Assembly: GCA_034932685.1 (NCBI GenBank)
Contig: JAYFOM010000008.1
Location: 70,826 to 102,825 of the forward strand
Direction: 5' to 3'
Source: Erysipelotrichaceae bacterium
Lineage (GTDB): Bacteria > Bacillota_I > Bacilli_A > Erysipelotrichales > Erysipelotrichaceae
DNA length: 32,000 bases
The notes beneath the pieces were generated by a model, which was given only the letters and a program-made list of their open reading frames with translations, did no database searches and was not told where the DNA came from. The position numbers and the translations under genes are program-made. This document shows, piece by piece, positions 16,610-26,482 of this stretch; within the stretch, counting starts at the first letter, position 1, and every line of letters starts with the position of its first letter.

Positions 16610-17477
16610 ATTCATTTGTTGTTTCTATTGTCTCTTCTTTTAAACGCCACATTTCACTTAGTGCCATAAATGGAATCTTATCGGAATTAATTTTGGCATT
16701 GTAACGTTGTTTCTTGATGTCGTTTTCACACTCATCGCGTAATACGTCTTTGTTCATCATATAGCTAACATAAACAACTTTCTTCAATAAGTACCAATTA
16801 GTGATTGTTTGATAGATGTAGTCTGCTCTATCTTCTAAGGTTAGTATATCAACCTTGGCTTTTTCTCTTATCAAATGGGCTTTATTGTACGCAACATCAA
16901 TCAACTCATGGACATTTTTGAAATAGTAAGCGTCAATCTCACGTTGGATAGCACCAGCTCGACTATCTTTCATTAAGAACTTATTCACTTTTTCTTCGAT
17001 TAGCGGTAGGTTTTCAGTGCTCAGGGCAATAATCTCATTGCGTGAGTCTTCAAGTAATGCGTATTGTTCACTCAAACAATAATAATATCCTTTAGCTAAC
17101 AAATACATATCAGATTCTGAAAAGATAATCGCTTTTTGGGCATCTTCCGTTTTAAGGTAAACGATGTATGGGCAACGCATTACCTTATCAGGTAGCTTGC
17201 CGGCATCCTTATAGCGAATGATCTGATTTGATATGACTTCTTTGTTGACATTAAAGCCTAACTTTACACAGATTCTGAACTCGGTATTGATCTTCAATAA
17301 CGCTTGAAATAGATCAATGTGTTGGAAATCTTCTTTTATACTTAAATAATCTTCCAAATAGCCATTAAATTCACAGTCATTGCTGTCTTTTCTTTGATCT
17401 AAGATCGCGGCTAAATGATCAAACACTGCCAAATTAATCACCTCATCCCTATATCTTCTGAAACTATAATGACACAT
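16608..17477 (-). CDS. Hypothetical protein with no domain I can recognise
   Basis: 289-aa ORF that is acidic, looks helical and has no TM segment. ATG 17477 has no SD. An in-frame TTG at 17432..17430 is preceded by a strong SD, GGATGAGGTGA (17448..17438), and would give about 274 aa. A terminator follows at the 3' end. Confidence 0.6.
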   Translation of the reverse strand: MCHYSFRRYRDEVINLAVFDHLAAILDQRKDSNDCEFNGYLEDYLSIKEDFQHIDLFQALLKINTEFRICVKLGFNVNKEVISNQIIRYKDAGKLPDKVMRCPYIVYLKTEDAQKAIIFSESDMYLLAKGYYYCLSEQYALLEDSRNEIIALSTENLPLIEEKVNKFLMKDSRAGAIQREIDAYYFKNVHELIDVAYNKAHLIREKAKVDILTLEDRADYIYQTITNWYLLKKVVYVSYMMNKDVLRDECENDIKKQRYNAKINSDKIPFMALSEMWRLKEETIETTNE

Positions 17478-17610
17478 AAAAAGCTTAAAAAAAAGAGAAA
17501 TATTGTTTTTTACACTAATTTATGAAAAACAATGAAAATAAGATAAATCACTGTCACATACAATATTTTTTACCTTTATGATAAACTATAATCAAAAAGA
17601 GGAATACTTC

Positions 17611-20178
17611 ATGAAAACTAAGATCATGACAATAATCGCTGAACCAATTAAGCGTTTAGATATATTTAAACAACTTTTAAGCCACAAAGATGGCCTTATT
17701 GATGTTGAGGTATTACCACTCAATATTTGGTTAAATAAGCAAACTGAGCATCAAAATGATACTACTTTAGATTTAATAAATTGTTATAGCACAATAACTG
17801 ACCAAGCAAATCATTTTCCTATCTTGAAAAAAGCAATCGCTTTTGTCTCTTTCACTCAAGAAATATTATCCTTTATTTATAACATGAAAGAATATGATAT
17901 CTCTTTAGATCAATTACCAAGCGATACCTTGCTAAACAAAGAAATTAAAGCGATCATCACTCTTTTTTTAACCCTCATCCCTAACTACTTAAGCAATAGT
18001 GAAAAGATTAAGCAACTGACTACACTTGATGATGTTTGGCTTTATCCTACTTATCACGCTGATATCGCAAGTAGAAAACAATTTGAACAACTATATGCAC
18101 TAAATGCTTTACCCTATCACATACCTGAAATAGCCAATCAACAATTATCACTCTTTTATGGTTTAAACAAGCGTAAAGAATGTGAAGGCTTAGCCCAATA
18201 CTTGATCACTAATAATATTAACTTAAGTGATACGATCATAGCTTTAGCTAACCCAGAAGAGTATCAACCTTGGATAAAAAGTGTCTTAGAGCGCTATCAT
18301 ATACCATATGATTTACAACTTGATAAAGATGTTTTAATAATGGTACAACGCTACCTTAAGCTCTTAGAACTGATCATAAGTCCCGATCAAGCAAAGCTGC
18401 TTGATTGTATAAGTAATCATTGTTTTAATGGTTATTTTAAAGAATTTGTTGATCTTATCAAGCTAAAAAACTTACCATTTGATGCTTGCTTAACACCATT
18501 AAGCGCAATCACTGATATTAAAGCGATGTTTTTAACAAGTGAGATTGATAATCTAAATCACTTGATTACTAAAGCTCAGCCCCAACAAGCTGAACTATTA
18601 CCCGTATTAAGCAAGATCAACTCATGCGAAAATAACGCCCAAAGCCAAGCGGAGTTAGCTTATCAACTCTTACTTGATTTAGAGTTAAGTGAACAAGAAA
18701 AAACAGAAGTTTATTTGATAAAAGATTTCTTGAACAGTTATTTAAATAAGATCAATAACATTGCTTTACTAACCTATCTATTGAAAAATATAAGAAGTAA
18801 AAAAAGCGACACTAATAATAATGAACTACTTATAACAACTCTTGATCAAGTCGTTGGCTTAAAGCGTAAATATCTTTTCTTACTAGGTGCTGATAGTAGC
18901 GCTTTCCCAAAACTTAACTACCACAATGGGGTAATCGATGAAGCGTATTATGAAAAACTGCTTTATCCAAAGAAGGATGAACGTTATCGCTTTACCATCA
19001 ATGAGATCAAAAAGTGCTTTAATTATTGTGATCACTTATTCATATCATACGCATATGGTGATTTTGCTGGTAAAACTAAGAAAATCTCCTTTGAGCTTGA
19101 ACAAATGATCAAAGATTATCCCAAGACTGACTTTAAAGAATGGCCATTGATTGAAAATGATAAGCTTGATTATATTGTTCACACTCTTAATACTAAGCTT
19201 AGTCAATCGATATTCTTTAAAAATAATACGCTCTATGGTTCAATATCTTCCTTTGAGAGATATTTTAATTGTCCATATCAGTATTTTATTCAATATGGTT
19301 TAAAGGTCAATGATTTTCAAGAAGGTATAAGCGCCGCTTCCGTAGGCAATATCTTGCATGGTATAATGCATTATCTTGTAAGCAACTATCATGATGATTA
19401 TGATAAGCTAGATGATATAGTGATCAAATCAATAATCGAACAAGCCTTTTCTGATCTAACTTTACTTTATCCTTATGATCAAAACCTGATCACTGTTTTA
19501 AAGCGTAATTTCTTTGCCTTGTTTATTCGTTGTTATAAAGATATGCAACGACTAAACAAAGATGATACCTTTAGACCACTGACAAGCGAACACGACTTCA
19601 TTCAAGAAATCAAGCTAGATGATATAAACATTAGCCTAAAAGGCATCATTGATAGAATTGATGTTACTAGTGATACCTATCGTATCATTGATTATAAATC
19701 ATCTGAGCATAAACTAAATGAAACGAAATTTAAAAATGGCCAACAACTTCAACTTTTGACCTATTTGTGGTTAATGCAAGAACAACTTCAGAAACAACCA
19801 GAAGGTGCTTATTACTATCGTTTTGATAATAGTAAAACTGATGTGCTGCCATTAAAGTTTTCAAAACAATCACATACACTTACTGAATATGATCAAGATA
19901 ATTGGTTTGAAGAGTATCAGAAAAAACATCAGTATGATGGTTGGCACTTCATTAAGAAAACTGAACCCGATAAAAATGTTAAAGATCTAACATGGTTAGA
20001 TGAGCAATTATCAACGCTATATCGTCAATTAGCACAAGAATTAAGCCACGGCAATATCGCACCTAAACCAATTAAAGATGCTTGTAAATATTGTTTATAC
20101 TTAGGTATCTGTCAATATTATGCAAAAGATAAGATCATAGAAGAAGAGGAGGGTGATGATAATGACGTGGAGTATTGA
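17611..20178 (+). CDS. addB: ATP-dependent helicase/nuclease subunit B (AddB/RexB)
   Basis: Start at ATG 17611 after SD AGAGGA. C-terminal RecB-type nuclease block (GIIDRIDV...YRIIDYKSS). Four Cys (NCPYQYF ... CKYCLYLGIC) match the AddB Fe-S cluster pattern. It overlaps addA and its stop is TGA. Confidence 0.85.
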   Translation: MKTKIMTIIAEPIKRLDIFKQLLSHKDGLIDVEVLPLNIWLNKQTEHQNDTTLDLINCYSTITDQANHFPILKKAIAFVSFTQEILSFIYNMKEYDISLDQLPSDTLLNKEIKAIITLFLTLIPNYLSNSEKIKQLTTLDDVWLYPTYHADIASRKQFEQLYALNALPYHIPEIANQQLSLFYGLNKRKECEGLAQYLITNNINLSDTIIALANPEEYQPWIKSVLERYHIPYDLQLDKDVLIMVQRYLKLLELIISPDQAKLLDCISNHCFNGYFKEFVDLIKLKNLPFDACLTPLSAITDIKAMFLTSEIDNLNHLITKAQPQQAELLPVLSKINSCENNAQSQAELAYQLLLDLELSEQEKTEVYLIKDFLNSYLNKINNIALLTYLLKNIRSKKSDTNNNELLITTLDQVVGLKRKYLFLLGADSSAFPKLNYHNGVIDEAYYEKLLYPKKDERYRFTINEIKKCFNYCDHLFISYAYGDFAGKTKKISFELEQMIKDYPKTDFKEWPLIENDKLDYIVHTLNTKLSQSIFFKNNTLYGSISSFERYFNCPYQYFIQYGLKVNDFQEGISAASVGNILHGIMHYLVSNYHDDYDKLDDIVIKSIIEQAFSDLTLLYPYDQNLITVLKRNFFALFIRCYKDMQRLNKDDTFRPLTSEHDFIQEIKLDDINISLKGIIDRIDVTSDTYRIIDYKSSEHKLNETKFKNGQQLQLLTYLWLMQEQLQKQPEGAYYYRFDNSKTDVLPLKFSKQSHTLTEYDQDNWFEEYQKKHQYDGWHFIKKTEPDKNVKDLTWLDEQLSTLYRQLAQELSHGNIAPKPIKDACKYCLYLGICQYYAKDKIIEEEEGDDNDVEY

Positions 20179-23100
20179 ACAAGCTTTAGCGATTAATCTT
20201 ACTGGCAAAAACATTACCGTTAGTGCTGGGGCTGGTGCGGGTAAAACAGCGGTTTTAATTGCACGTTTAACTAAACGCATTATTGAAGATCAAATTAGTG
20301 TTGAAAACATCCTTGCGATCACCTTTACAGAAGCCGCTGCTAATGAGATTAAAAAACGATTAACAAAGAGTTTATCAGATTGTTATAAAACTAACCCAAG
20401 TGACTATATCGCTAAGCAATTAGCTTTGCTTGCTAGTGCTAATATCTCAACCATTCACTCTTTCTGCCTTTATATCATTAAAAACTATTACTATGTTTTA
20501 GGCTTAGATAAAAACATTACAGCAAACATTCTAGACCCTGCAATGGCAAGCTACTATAAGCAGCGAGCAGTAAAAGCCGCCTTAGCTGAGTTGATGAGTG
20601 ATCCTGAGTTTGACGAACTATTCCGCTTAACCACCAACAATGACCCTTCAATGTTAAGAGTTAAATCAACGATCATTGAGCTTGCTCAAAAGGCATTGGC
20701 CTCAGGCGCCTCTGATATGTGGCTTGATCAAGCACTTACTAACTTTAAGCGCTTTGATAGTATAAGCGATTTACCGATAACAATTAAAGATATTTTCTGG
20801 GAAATGATTACTGATAATTATCAACAATACTTAGATAATCTAGAATTACTAGCATCAAATATCAGTGATACGTCACAAATGGCAATAATGCAATCACGAT
20901 TAACCCATGCGCGATCAATTAAAGATTTCATCACAATGCAAGATTACCCTGCTTATCGTAAAGCCTATCTTGAAAATGTTAAGTTGAAGATAACAATCAA
21001 ACGCACTGATGATGCGCGACACTATCTATCTGCTGCTGAGAGTGCTTTTAAGGATATAAGTGACTATCTTTATCCACAAGATATCTATCTTAATGATCTA
21101 AACTTTTTATACCCTGCCGCCAACATATTAGTTAAGCTTACCAAAGCATACATCCATCATTACGACTTTATCAAGACAAACCTTAAGTTGATGGATTTTG
21201 ATGATATGGAAATGATGGCTTTAAAAATACTTAGCGAGAACAACGCTTTAATTGCTAATCAAATCAAACAACATTTTAGTGATATATTAGTTGATGAATA
21301 TCAAGATACCAACATTATCCAAGATAAGATAATTAATCTTGTTAGTAATGGCAGTAATGTTTTTAGAGTTGGTGATGTAAAACAGTCTATTTATCGCTTT
21401 CGTAATGCTCAACCGATGATCATGTCGGCTTTAATAAATAAACCTACTGAAAATCATGAAGTTATCTTTTTAAAGGAAAATTATCGTTCCAAGCAAAGTA
21501 TCATTGATTTTAACAATGCTCTTTTTAAACAACTACTAAATATAAAACAGCTTAATAATCGCTTTACTGAAAGCAATCTTGGTTTAGTTGGTATCCCCAA
21601 ACAACATACTGATAATTGTCCGGTTGAACTGCATTACCTTGATATTATTGATGAAGATACTAACAATAATCAGCTTAAAGCTGGCTACATCGCCTATAAG
21701 ATTAAAGAACTGCATGTGAAAGATAAAGTCAAATATGGTGATATTTGCATATTAGTCACAACTCACTTAATAAAAGACACCATTAGAAGACAACTTGAAT
21801 ATCGTGATATCCCTGTTTATGGTAAGGGTTCAGCTGGCTTGTTTAAGTCACGTGGTGTTCTTGCGGTTTTAAATTACCTTAGCTTGATAAATGATTTAGA
21901 TGATAGTATAGCCTTGCTTGGTGTTTTAGTATCTTTTTATCAGTTTACCGATGATCAACTTGCACTATTAAAGCTAAATGATGCCAACTTATTTATTGCT
22001 TTAAAGAATCTATTTCCTGATGTTTATGAAAGCATCATAAAGATCAAATCCTTATACGGTAGTGTTTTGCTTAGTGAGTTAGTGGCTTCTATTTTATTAG
22101 TGAATGATTTCTATGAACTTCAAAACAATCAGAAACAACAAGCCAATATCGATTTGTTGTTTGAAACGATCAATACCTATCAACTTACATCAGGTAGTAT
22201 TGATGGCTTTTTAGAGCTGATCAATGCTCAAGAAGATAAAGACGCTAATGAAGCCTTAGCGATCAGTGAAGAGGATGATGTCGTAAAGATCATGACCATT
22301 CACCAATCCAAGGGTCTTCAGTTTAAACATGTCTTCTTCTTTAGTATCAATAGAACAAATGCCAAAAGAAGTGATTCCTTAATATATAGTCACAATGATA
22401 TTGGCTTTTCACTGCCATTGATCGATAAACCTTATCGTTATCAACGTATTGATTTGATCAAGCTAGCTATAAAACAAAAAGAATTCAATGAAGACTTAGC
22501 TGAACGTTTAAGAAATCTCTATGTTGCTTTAACTAGAAGTCAACAATATCTCTATATAATAGATATAATGCCCAAAATTGAAGACGGTAGTCTTGATCTT
22601 GCTTTTCTAAGAAAGAATAATTTTACTTCATGGATTTTTAAAGCACTAGCCAATGTTCCAAATAATCTTTATAAGATCATCAACGTCGATAATCCTTGGG
22701 CTTTTGATGAAACCGCAAAAATTGAACAAAAAAGTATTAATTATCCGCGCTATCAAAATAAGACCAATCTAACCAAGCTAACCTCACCATCAAAAACCAA
22801 ACCAGCAAGTGATCATTTCACTCTTGATCTATCATCAAGATTAAAAGCTGATCAAATCGGTACTAAGCTACATGAACTAATTGAAAGATTACCAAACGCT
22901 ATTTGGTCAGATGTTGAACTTGATAAATATATTGATGATGAATTATTAGCCTATCGTGATCATTTAGTTGCATTTAATCATTCAGCTTTATATCAAAAGT
23001 GTCTGTTAATGGATATAAGAAAAGAAGTTCCCTTTGTGATCAAGGAAAATGATGAGTTTATCTATGGCATCATTGATTTCTTAGCGATAAGTGATGAAGA

Positions 23101-23281
23101 GGCAATCATCATTGATTTTAAGAGTGATCGCAATGTTAATAGTGAAATTCTAATAGAACGTTATCAAAAACAATTAGCTTTATACCAAAAAGCGATCATG
23201 AAGATTTATCCCCAATTAAAAATCAAGGCATATGTTTATGCCTTGACTCTAAATGATTTTATAGATATGACTAATCGTTAA
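20162..23281 (+). CDS. addA: ATP-dependent helicase/nuclease subunit A (AddA/RexA), UvrD/PcrA-like SF1 helicase plus nuclease
   Basis: Walker A SAGAGAGKTAVL, DEYQDTN (DEXQ), YRFRNA, NYRS, TIHQSKGLQF, and VALTRS. C-terminal nuclease block GIIDFLAIS...IIDFKSD. Start placed at ATG 20162, 8 nt after SD GAGGAGGG; ATG 20156 is the alternative. Confidence 0.92.
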   Translation: MTWSIEQALAINLTGKNITVSAGAGAGKTAVLIARLTKRIIEDQISVENILAITFTEAAANEIKKRLTKSLSDCYKTNPSDYIAKQLALLASANISTIHSFCLYIIKNYYYVLGLDKNITANILDPAMASYYKQRAVKAALAELMSDPEFDELFRLTTNNDPSMLRVKSTIIELAQKALASGASDMWLDQALTNFKRFDSISDLPITIKDIFWEMITDNYQQYLDNLELLASNISDTSQMAIMQSRLTHARSIKDFITMQDYPAYRKAYLENVKLKITIKRTDDARHYLSAAESAFKDISDYLYPQDIYLNDLNFLYPAANILVKLTKAYIHHYDFIKTNLKLMDFDDMEMMALKILSENNALIANQIKQHFSDILVDEYQDTNIIQDKIINLVSNGSNVFRVGDVKQSIYRFRNAQPMIMSALINKPTENHEVIFLKENYRSKQSIIDFNNALFKQLLNIKQLNNRFTESNLGLVGIPKQHTDNCPVELHYLDIIDEDTNNNQLKAGYIAYKIKELHVKDKVKYGDICILVTTHLIKDTIRRQLEYRDIPVYGKGSAGLFKSRGVLAVLNYLSLINDLDDSIALLGVLVSFYQFTDDQLALLKLNDANLFIALKNLFPDVYESIIKIKSLYGSVLLSELVASILLVNDFYELQNNQKQQANIDLLFETINTYQLTSGSIDGFLELINAQEDKDANEALAISEEDDVVKIMTIHQSKGLQFKHVFFFSINRTNAKRSDSLIYSHNDIGFSLPLIDKPYRYQRIDLIKLAIKQKEFNEDLAERLRNLYVALTRSQQYLYIIDIMPKIEDGSLDLAFLRKNNFTSWIFKALANVPNNLYKIINVDNPWAFDETAKIEQKSINYPRYQNKTNLTKLTSPSKTKPASDHFTLDLSSRLKADQIGTKLHELIERLPNAIWSDVELDKYIDDELLAYRDHLVAFNHSALYQKCLLMDIRKEVPFVIKENDEFIYGIIDFLAISDEEAIIIDFKSDRNVNSEILIERYQKQLALYQKAIMKIYPQLKIKAYVYALTLNDFIDMTNR

Positions 23282-24227
23282 ACATTTCGTAGATATTACT
23301 TACCGGCGTCTCAAGTTGGATTGCTTCAATTGTCTTAGCTAACATATACGCAATTGATAGTATCTTAATCTTGGGATGTCTTTTTTCAGGTGGTAAAGCG
23401 ATCGTATTAGTCAAGACAATCTCTTTAATTGGTGAATTCTGAATGTTTTCCATTGCATTAGCCGATAAGACACCATGAGTGCAACAGCAATATACATCTT
23501 TAGCACCTTTATCATAAAGCATCTTAACGCCACCTAAAAGTGAGCCACCGGTATCGATTATATCATCAATGACGATAGCGGTTTTATTTTCAACATCACC
23601 AATCAAATTGATCGATTCAGCAACGTTTGGTTTCATACGTCTTTTATCAATAATAGCAACAGTTGATCCTGGTAAGCATTCAGCAAACTTACGAGCCCTT
23701 GTAGCGCCACCATGATCAGGAGAAACTACAACCATCTCCCCTTCAATATGTTTCGCTCTAAAATACTGACCAAACAGCGATACCGCTGATAGATCATCAT
23801 TGGGGATTTTAAAGAAGCCTTGAATTTGTGGTGCATGTAAATCAATGGTTACAACCCGATCTGCCCCTGATATCTCAAGCAAATCAGCCATCAATCTAGC
23901 CGTGATTGGTTGTCGTGGTCTGGCTTTACGGTCTTGACGAGCATAACCGAAGTAAGGAATTACACAAGTGATTGCTGCTGCTGAAGCTCTGCGACAAGCA
24001 TCTAAAGCAATCAATAGTTCCATTACATTATTGGAGACAGGATTACAAGTTGATTGAATCAAGAATACATGTTTTCCTCTGACTGATTCTTCAGGCTCAA
24101 TTAAGATTTCCCCATCTGCGAAATGATGAATCTTACATTTTCCCCGATTTATATTCATATAACTGCATATTTCCTCGGCCAACTCGACACTGCTTGATAA
24201 TGCAAAGACACTTATTGCTTTATTCAT
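23271..24227 (-). CDS. prs: Ribose-phosphate pyrophosphokinase
   Basis: 318 aa with GYARQDRK, DLHAPQIQGFF, VVSPDHGG, and IVIDDIIDTGGS (PRPP loop). The ATG overlaps the glmU TAA stop by 1 nt. Confidence 0.95.
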   Translation of the reverse strand: MNKAISVFALSSSVELAEEICSYMNINRGKCKIHHFADGEILIEPEESVRGKHVFLIQSTCNPVSNNVMELLIALDACRRASAAAITCVIPYFGYARQDRKARPRQPITARLMADLLEISGADRVVTIDLHAPQIQGFFKIPNDDLSAVSLFGQYFRAKHIEGEMVVVSPDHGGATRARKFAECLPGSTVAIIDKRRMKPNVAESINLIGDVENKTAIVIDDIIDTGGSLLGGVKMLYDKGAKDVYCCCTHGVLSANAMENIQNSPIKEIVLTNTIALPPEKRHPKIKILSIAYMLAKTIEAIQLETPVSNIYEMFND

Positions 24228-25594
24228 TACTTTATTTTCTCCTTGTCCATGTATTTGATCCCATACCCCAACTTGTTTTCTTGGCGCGCTCTACCTATTG
24301 CCATTGCCCCTTCTTCAACATCTTTGGTAACGGTGGTTCCAGCCGCAACAACAGCTTTCTTTTTAACGGTTACCGGCGCAATTAAATTAACATTACAACC
24401 AATAAAGGTATCATCTTCAATAATGGTCCGCCATTTATTAACACCATCATAATTGACTGTAACTGTTCCACAACCAATATTGACATGTTTGCCTATTACC
24501 GCATCACCACAATAAGTTAAATGAGCACAATTACTATTACCACCAAATTCGGTGTTTTTAAACTCTACGAAGTTACCTATGCGATTACCATCATGAATTA
24601 TACAATTATTTCTTAAGTGAATCCATGGACCTAAGCGTACATTATTACCTATCTTAGAATCGGTGATTCTTGCATTATCAATCACATTATCATCACCAAT
24701 TTCACTATTTAAGATATAACAACCTGTTCTGATCACATTATTAGCACCAATCTTTGTTTTGCCTTCAATAAAGGTGTTAGGATAGATGATCGTATCCTCT
24801 TTGATGATGACATCCGCACCAATGAAAGTCATCTGAGGCTCAATTAGCGTAACACCATTTAGCATCAAGTTCAAGTTGATCTTGTTTTGAAGCCACTTAT
24901 TAGCTAAGTAAAGTTCATAACGATCATTTATCCCCATCGCTTCATCAGGATCAGCGATCACGACCGCTTTAACCTTTTGATTAAAAGACAAGAAGATATC
25001 AACTAAATCAGTAATATAGTATTCACTTTGAGCATTATCATTCTTTAATAATGGTAAATATTCAAATAGCAAGCGATTATCAAATGCATAAATACCAGTA
25101 TTGATCTCATTGATCGCTTTTTGATTAAGATCACAATCTTTATTTTCAACTATTTTTAAAAAGTTACCCGCTTGATCACGAATAATACGACCATATGCTT
25201 TAGGATCTTCTAAGATCGCAGATAAAACAACCATGCCACACCCCTTTACTTCTTCAAACATCATTTGATAAGTCTCAGGTTGGATCAAGGGACAATCCCC
25301 ATTGATAACTAAAGTATATCCTTCTAAGTCAGCCAGCTGAGTAGCGTAACTAACAGCTTTACCCGTTCCACTTAGCTCTGTTTGGATGGCGTATTCACAT
25401 TTGTCTTTAAGTTGCTCTTTAACTACCTCAGCACCATAACCAACAATGGTAACAACCTTATCAACATTGATTTTATGTAAATTATCAACGATGTGTTCAA
25501 CCATTGGCTTATCCAACACCTTATGCATTGGCTTTACTAACTTTGATTTCATACGCGTACCTTTACCGGCCGCCATTATTATTGCTGATCTCAT
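24227..25594 (-). CDS. glmU: Bifunctional UDP-N-acetylglucosamine pyrophosphorylase / glucosamine-1-phosphate N-acetyltransferase
   Basis: MRSAIIMAAGKGTRMKS N-terminus and C-terminal left-handed beta-helix hexapeptide repeats. Start at ATG 25594 after a GGGGG SD. A possible extended -10 (TGtTAAAAT) lies in the 45-nt gap upstream. Confidence 0.95.
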   Translation of the reverse strand: MRSAIIMAAGKGTRMKSKLVKPMHKVLDKPMVEHIVDNLHKINVDKVVTIVGYGAEVVKEQLKDKCEYAIQTELSGTGKAVSYATQLADLEGYTLVINGDCPLIQPETYQMMFEEVKGCGMVVLSAILEDPKAYGRIIRDQAGNFLKIVENKDCDLNQKAINEINTGIYAFDNRLLFEYLPLLKNDNAQSEYYITDLVDIFLSFNQKVKAVVIADPDEAMGINDRYELYLANKWLQNKINLNLMLNGVTLIEPQMTFIGADVIIKEDTIIYPNTFIEGKTKIGANNVIRTGCYILNSEIGDDNVIDNARITDSKIGNNVRLGPWIHLRNNCIIHDGNRIGNFVEFKNTEFGGNSNCAHLTYCGDAVIGKHVNIGCGTVTVNYDGVNKWRTIIEDDTFIGCNVNLIAPVTVKKKAVVAAGTTVTKDVEEGAMAIGRARQENKLGYGIKYMDKEKIK

Positions 25595-25639
25595 ATTTAC
25601 CCCCATAATCATTTTAACAAAATTACATCTAAATAGTGC

Positions 25640-26482
25640 TTAAATATCAACAATCTTTGCCTTTTTTACAAAGGGATAGCGTCGATGAAAAGCCATTACT
25701 GCTTTATCAACGATTGTACTACTTTGCGTTATACCAATTACCGTAGAGCCACTACCTGACATCAATGCATGATCAAACCCAAAAGCAAGTAACTCTTCTT
25801 TGATCTTTTTTATCTCAGGGACTAGCGTAAAAGCGCTATTTTCTAAATCGTTAGCCATATTCGCCAGTATACCTTGATAATCACAAGCAATTAACATTTC
25901 CTTTAAGAGTAAAGCATTAGGATGAAGTAGTTTGTCATAATCAAGTTGTTCAAAAGCTCTTTTTGTTGATACTCCTCTTTTTGGTTTAACTAAAAATATG
26001 AAAAACGGACAGATAAAATCAAATGGTTCTACCTTATCACCAATACCTGATACATACGCTGGTTTATTAACAATACAGTAAGGTACATCGGCTCCTATAG
26101 TCTTACCAAAAGCCATCATTTCATCAAGTGACATGTTTAATTCAAGTAAGGCGTTCAACGTTCTAATGACTGCAGCCGCATCAGCGCTACCCCCACCAAG
26201 CCCTGCTTGAGAAGGGATATTTTTATTTAGTTTAATCTTAAAATGATCATTAAAGCCATAAATAGCTCTTAGTCCATTGATCGCTTTAATGATCGTATTA
26301 CGTTCATCATTTGGTAAATAAACACGATTAGCCATGATTGATGTTTCAACATCAAAACTAAGGTCAATGGTATCAAATAAATCAATTGGCGCCATGATCA
26401 TATTTAATTCATGATAACCATCCGGTAATCGCTCTTTAACATTCAAGCATAAATTTACTTTCGCATACGCTTTAATCTTCAT
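25640..26482 (-). CDS. ispE: 4-diphosphocytidyl-2-C-methyl-D-erythritol kinase
   Basis: MKIKAYAKVNLCLNV N-terminus and GHMP kinase motif PSQAGLGGGSADAAA. Start at ATG 26482 after SD AGGTG, overlapping the rsmA 3' end by 11 nt. Confidence 0.9.
   Translation of the reverse strand: MKIKAYAKVNLCLNVKERLPDGYHELNMIMAPIDLFDTIDLSFDVETSIMANRVYLPNDERNTIIKAINGLRAIYGFNDHFKIKLNKNIPSQAGLGGGSADAAAVIRTLNALLELNMSLDEMMAFGKTIGADVPYCIVNKPAYVSGIGDKVEPFDFICPFFIFLVKPKRGVSTKRAFEQLDYDKLLHPNALLLKEMLIACDYQGILANMANDLENSAFTLVPEIKKIKEELLAFGFDHALMSGSGSTVIGITQSSTIVDKAVMAFHRRYPFVKKAKIVDI

Noticed and set aside
17502-17533. A 9-bp AT-only inverted repeat (ATTGTTTTT / AAAAACAAT, 14-nt loop) in the addB/orphan divergent region, considered as a distinct regulatory element.
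   Set aside because: It is pure A/T, so it is weakly stable and easily arises by chance in an AT-rich spacer. It is mentioned only as context for the orphan ORF.
17611-23281. AddAB considered as part of a defence or accessory module.
   Set aside because: Both subunits look like the standard housekeeping double-strand-break processing enzyme of Firmicutes. The flanking genes are prs and yigZ, not defence genes.
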